Of a stretch of 64,000 nucleotides of DNA, positions 61,138 to 64,000 are shown piece after piece; the first letter of the stretch is position 1, and the number at the start of each line of letters is the position of its first letter. Source of the stretch: Albugo candida (Eukaryota); contig JBDOQK010000005.1 of assembly GCA_040437565.1 (NCBI GenBank), forward strand, positions 310,001-374,000, given 5' to 3'. The position numbers were made by a program, and so were the translations under genes. Below the pieces are notes generated by a model, which saw nothing but the letters and a program-made list of their open reading frames with translations, did not search any database and had not been told where the DNA came from.

Positions 61138-62472
61138 CTCGAAAAATTCGATATGGTACTGTAGACTTGTATGGTTGAGTATCGACTTTGAGTCAGAATC
61201 TGATGTCTTATTTCCATTGAGTTCTTCTTGCAGTAAAGCAAGCGTAGGTGCGTTGGCTGGGTTAAATTCTTCAATGGTCTCGGGATCGATCGGTACACAT
61301 ATGCGACCAGTCTTGGGATGCACTGCAAACGGACTCTTCAATAGATGGTTTCGCTGTTTGCTCACATTAACATCTAATCTGGGATACAGATACGAGCAAA
61401 CAATTTCTTGTAGACATCCTTTAAGCTGTTGAAGATTCTTTTTGCGTTCGGAGTCCTCTGAATACGCCGTGTACGTCCGCTTGTTGTTCTGGCCTTTGTT
61501 TACTAATGCAGTTTGCACTGCATTTTGTACATCATCCCATTTCGCTTTCGGACTTTGAGATTCTGCCAAAGGAGTCCTCCACTTTTCGGCCAGAGCATTT
61601 CGAATGTCTTCGTCAGGGATCATATCGAGTAGCTTATTATATTCTTTTTGATGATGCAGGATGTCCTGTCCGTTTTCGGATAGAACGATCTCATAAAATA
61701 GGGGCTCAAGTATCTCATTGGCCCGATGTAAGGAGGGATGAAGAGGATATCTCAAATGCACCTTACGTTTAGAATGCTCGTTTCCTTCCACGAGACTAAG
61801 ATAATGCACAATAGATGTCCGAGCCTCATTTGTTAGCACGCGGGCCTTGTCATCAGCAACCCAGCAATGTACACCTCTTCGTCCGCTATACACCCATAGG
61901 ATATGCTTGAATCCGAAATCTTCGCGCAAAGCGTAATTAAGTACTTTGACTGCTGCTATCATAAAACTCCAGCAGCGAGAACATGTAGATGCTTCTCGAC
62001 AACAGGTTCGAGTGTCATCATAATCAGTCAAATCAATATCGAAAACCAGTTCTCTCTGTTCTGCAATAAACTCATTCGGATTTACTTTTCCCTTATCCGC
62101 AGGGGAGATCGAGAATACGGCTCCGATGTCGACTTTAGAAGGCAATTGTTTGAGCATTGCATTACGAAATTCTTGGTCATTCTGAAAAGTTTTATATCGT
62201 ATATAGGTCCCGTTTTCCAATGTAAATGAGAATTCACGTCGCCTCAAGTATTCTTCACCTGGGAATCGATTTAGCATATTTACAAAGCAATAGGAGGCAG
62301 GTATTACCGCCATCATACGAGAGCCATTTCGTAAGCAATTCATATGGAAACAACCGTTCTGAAAGCACAGCAGCATGAAAAACGTCAGATTTGAAGTATG
62401 AGATGCCAATTTGCTATCCTTACCATAGTACACATGCAATAATTCCGGTGAAAACACTTCATCCTCATTCAT
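61048..62472 (-). CDS. PRIM1: DNA primase small (catalytic) subunit
   Basis: RREFSFTL, KVDIGAVF, ELVFDIDLTDYD, YSGRRGVHCW, YPRLDVNVS and HLLKSPFAVHPKTG. Introns at 62359-62423 and 62259-62307 restore exon 2 as ERLFPYELLTKWLSYDG. Confidence 0.97.
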   Translation of the reverse strand: MNEDEVFSPELLHVYYGKDSKLASHTSNLTFFMLLCFQNGCFHMNCLRNGSRMMAVIPASYCFVNMLNRFPGEEYLRRREFSFTLENGTYIRYKTFQNDQEFRNAMLKQLPSKVDIGAVFSISPADKGKVNPNEFIAEQRELVFDIDLTDYDDTRTCCREASTCSRCWSFMIAAVKVLNYALREDFGFKHILWVYSGRRGVHCWVADDKARVLTNEARTSIVHYLSLVEGNEHSKRKVHLRYPLHPSLHRANEILEPLFYEIVLSENGQDILHHQKEYNKLLDMIPDEDIRNALAEKWRTPLAESQSPKAKWDDVQNAVQTALVNKGQNNKRTYTAYSEDSERKKNLQQLKGCLQEIVCSYLYPRLDVNVSKQRNHLLKSPFAVHPKTGRICVPIDPETIEEFNPANAPTLALLQEELNGNKTSDSDSKSILNHTSLQYHIEFFERKFLKPLLLASKAKEREGRESSAAFTGDW

Positions 62473-62828
62473 TTCGAGTTGAATTGATGCTACNNNNNNN
62501 NNNNNNNNNNNNNNNNNNNNNNNNNNNNNNNNNNNNNNNNNNNNNNNNNNNNNNNNNNNNNNNNNNNNNNNNNNNNNNNNNNNNNNNNNNNNNTACCGCG
62601 GCTCTTGCTACCAATCACATCCACTTCTTGAAACATCTAACTGCAATTCAAATTTTCTGTAACTCAAAATCATCATATACTTGTTAGAAAGCAGCCAAAG
62701 AAACAGCGCGTGTTTTAGTCGCACGTTTGCATCCAACGAGAGCACTGCTTTACGATATCACTAAAACTATACCGATAACATCAACGTGAAAACTTCAAGC
62801 GTGTATTTGATCGATTAAATTGCCCTGC

Positions 62829-64000
62829 ATGAATAGTAATCAAAGCTCCGGTCGTAAAAATAATAATAAGCCCGCAGCTCGCTTGACTCAATCCTTTGCT
62901 CGTCCACCAAGTATCTCCTCTGCTCCGTTACTCCATCCACAGCGGTGGGTCAATAACGAAAGAAGTGATTTCACAGAAATGTCGGCGCATTCCATATCGT
63001 CGCCTGGCAGTCACTTTCCAGCAAAGCAAAAAGGTACAGCGCGACCGCTCTTCCCTCCACCACCGTTAAGATCATCTACTATATCATCTATTCAGCATTC
63101 AAGCCTTGCAAATAGCGTAACAAGAACGGATAATAGTTGTCAAAATCAAAATGGCTGGAAATGGAGCAATGGCTCAGCTTTTCTTCAAGAGAAAGCCACT
63201 CCTCCAGCTCCCATTCGATTTAACATCACCCGTCCAAATCTGCTGAATACATCTCGGTTGAATAAAGCGATCGCATCGTCTTCTCATGCATTCGCGACCA
63301 CACAACCACTTGCGAACTCCACTCAAGCACAAACCAAATGGCCAGAATCGCTCCAAGATTATGTGAAAAGAGCTTTTGCAAGATGCAAAGGAGCTACTGA
63401 TCAAGCTGTGACCCAGAATGCATTAAAAGAGCTGATTACAGAGGCTATCGCAAAAAATCACCTATGGACCAAGGATTGGATTTTCGAGCCGTTACCTCGT
63501 TTGGTATCTGATGGGAACAATGTTCAATCAAATGTANNNNNNNNNNNNNNNNNNNNNNNNNNNNNNNNNNNNNNNNNNNNNNNNNNNNNNNNNNNNNNNN
63601 NNNNNNNNNNNNNNNNNNNNNNNNNNNNNNNNNNNNAAAGCCACTCCTCCAGCTCCCATTCGATTTAACATCACCCGTCCAAATCTGCTGAATACATCTC
63701 GGTTGAATAAAGCGATCGCATCGTCTTCTCATGCATTCGCGACCACACAACCACTTGCGAACTCCACTCAAGCACAAACCAAATGGCCAGAATCGCTCCA
63801 AGATTATGTGAAAAGAGCTTTTGCAAGATGCAAAGGAGCTACTGATCAAGCTGTGACCCAGAATGCATTAAAAGAGCTGATTACAGAGGCTATCGCAAAA
63901 AATCACCTATGGACTAAGGATTGGATTTTCGAGCCGTTACCTCGTTTGGTATCTGATGGGAACAATGTTCAATCAAATGTAGATAAAAGCTCACCAGCTG
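62829..64000 (+). CDS. LENG8: LENG8/Thp3 (SAC3-GANP family) protein, 5' part
   Basis: Low-complexity N-terminus followed by KWPESLQDYVKRAFARC...LKELI...LWTKDWIFEPLP. The gene runs off the window. Bases 63192-63536 = 63637-63981 are a gap duplication. Confidence 0.78.

Noticed and set aside
62259-62423. N-terminal insertion in primase as translated by the ORF track
   Set aside because: Two introns (65 + 49 nt) happen to be stop-free in that frame; splicing restores the conserved RLFPY motif.
1-64000. CRISPR arrays, rRNA, intact tRNA or prokaryotic operons
   Set aside because: None seen; the window is spliceosomal-intron-containing eukaryotic DNA.

Overview
This is eukaryotic, gene-dense oomycete DNA. 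The short 35-65 nt introns, tiny intergenic spacers, flagellar dynein and Inr/FPR promoter motifs point to Albugo (white rust); the organism is an inference. About 17 intact protein genes are recognisable: Hsp101/ClpB, an IPCT-like nucleotidyltransferase-EamA fusion, CCR4, WASH1, an IQ-repeat protein, DNAH10, V-ATPase subunit e, INO1, MANF/ARMET, ArfGAP, a TMX-like thioredoxin, an SLC35F-like transporter, a hypothetical membrane protein, WW-WW-NELF-C/D, an AAAP transporter, PRIM1 and LENG8/Thp3. Twelve 100-N scaffold gaps interrupt the window. Ten have directly duplicated flanks, which are assembly overlaps; three of these carry a synonymous SNP. The apparent second copies of Hsp101, dynein, thioredoxin and others are therefore not real paralogues. 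The gene-sparse pockets are not empty. They hold a decayed pogo/CENP-B-type DDE transposase, a decayed copy of the 3' third of splicing factor PRP6, a frameshifted secreted RxL-like effector candidate with a near-perfect Inr-FPR promoter, and several weaker remnants of possible CCG/CHXC-type secreted genes. The three most interesting candidates are domain fusions: (1) an apparently catalytically degenerate CTP:inositol-1-phosphate cytidylyltransferase-like domain fused to a 10-TM EamA transporter, (2) tandem WW domains fused to NELF-C/D, and (3) a split BolA-like fold with an AP2-like insert at the head of an IQ-repeat protein. All family calls come from recalled motifs, not database searches.
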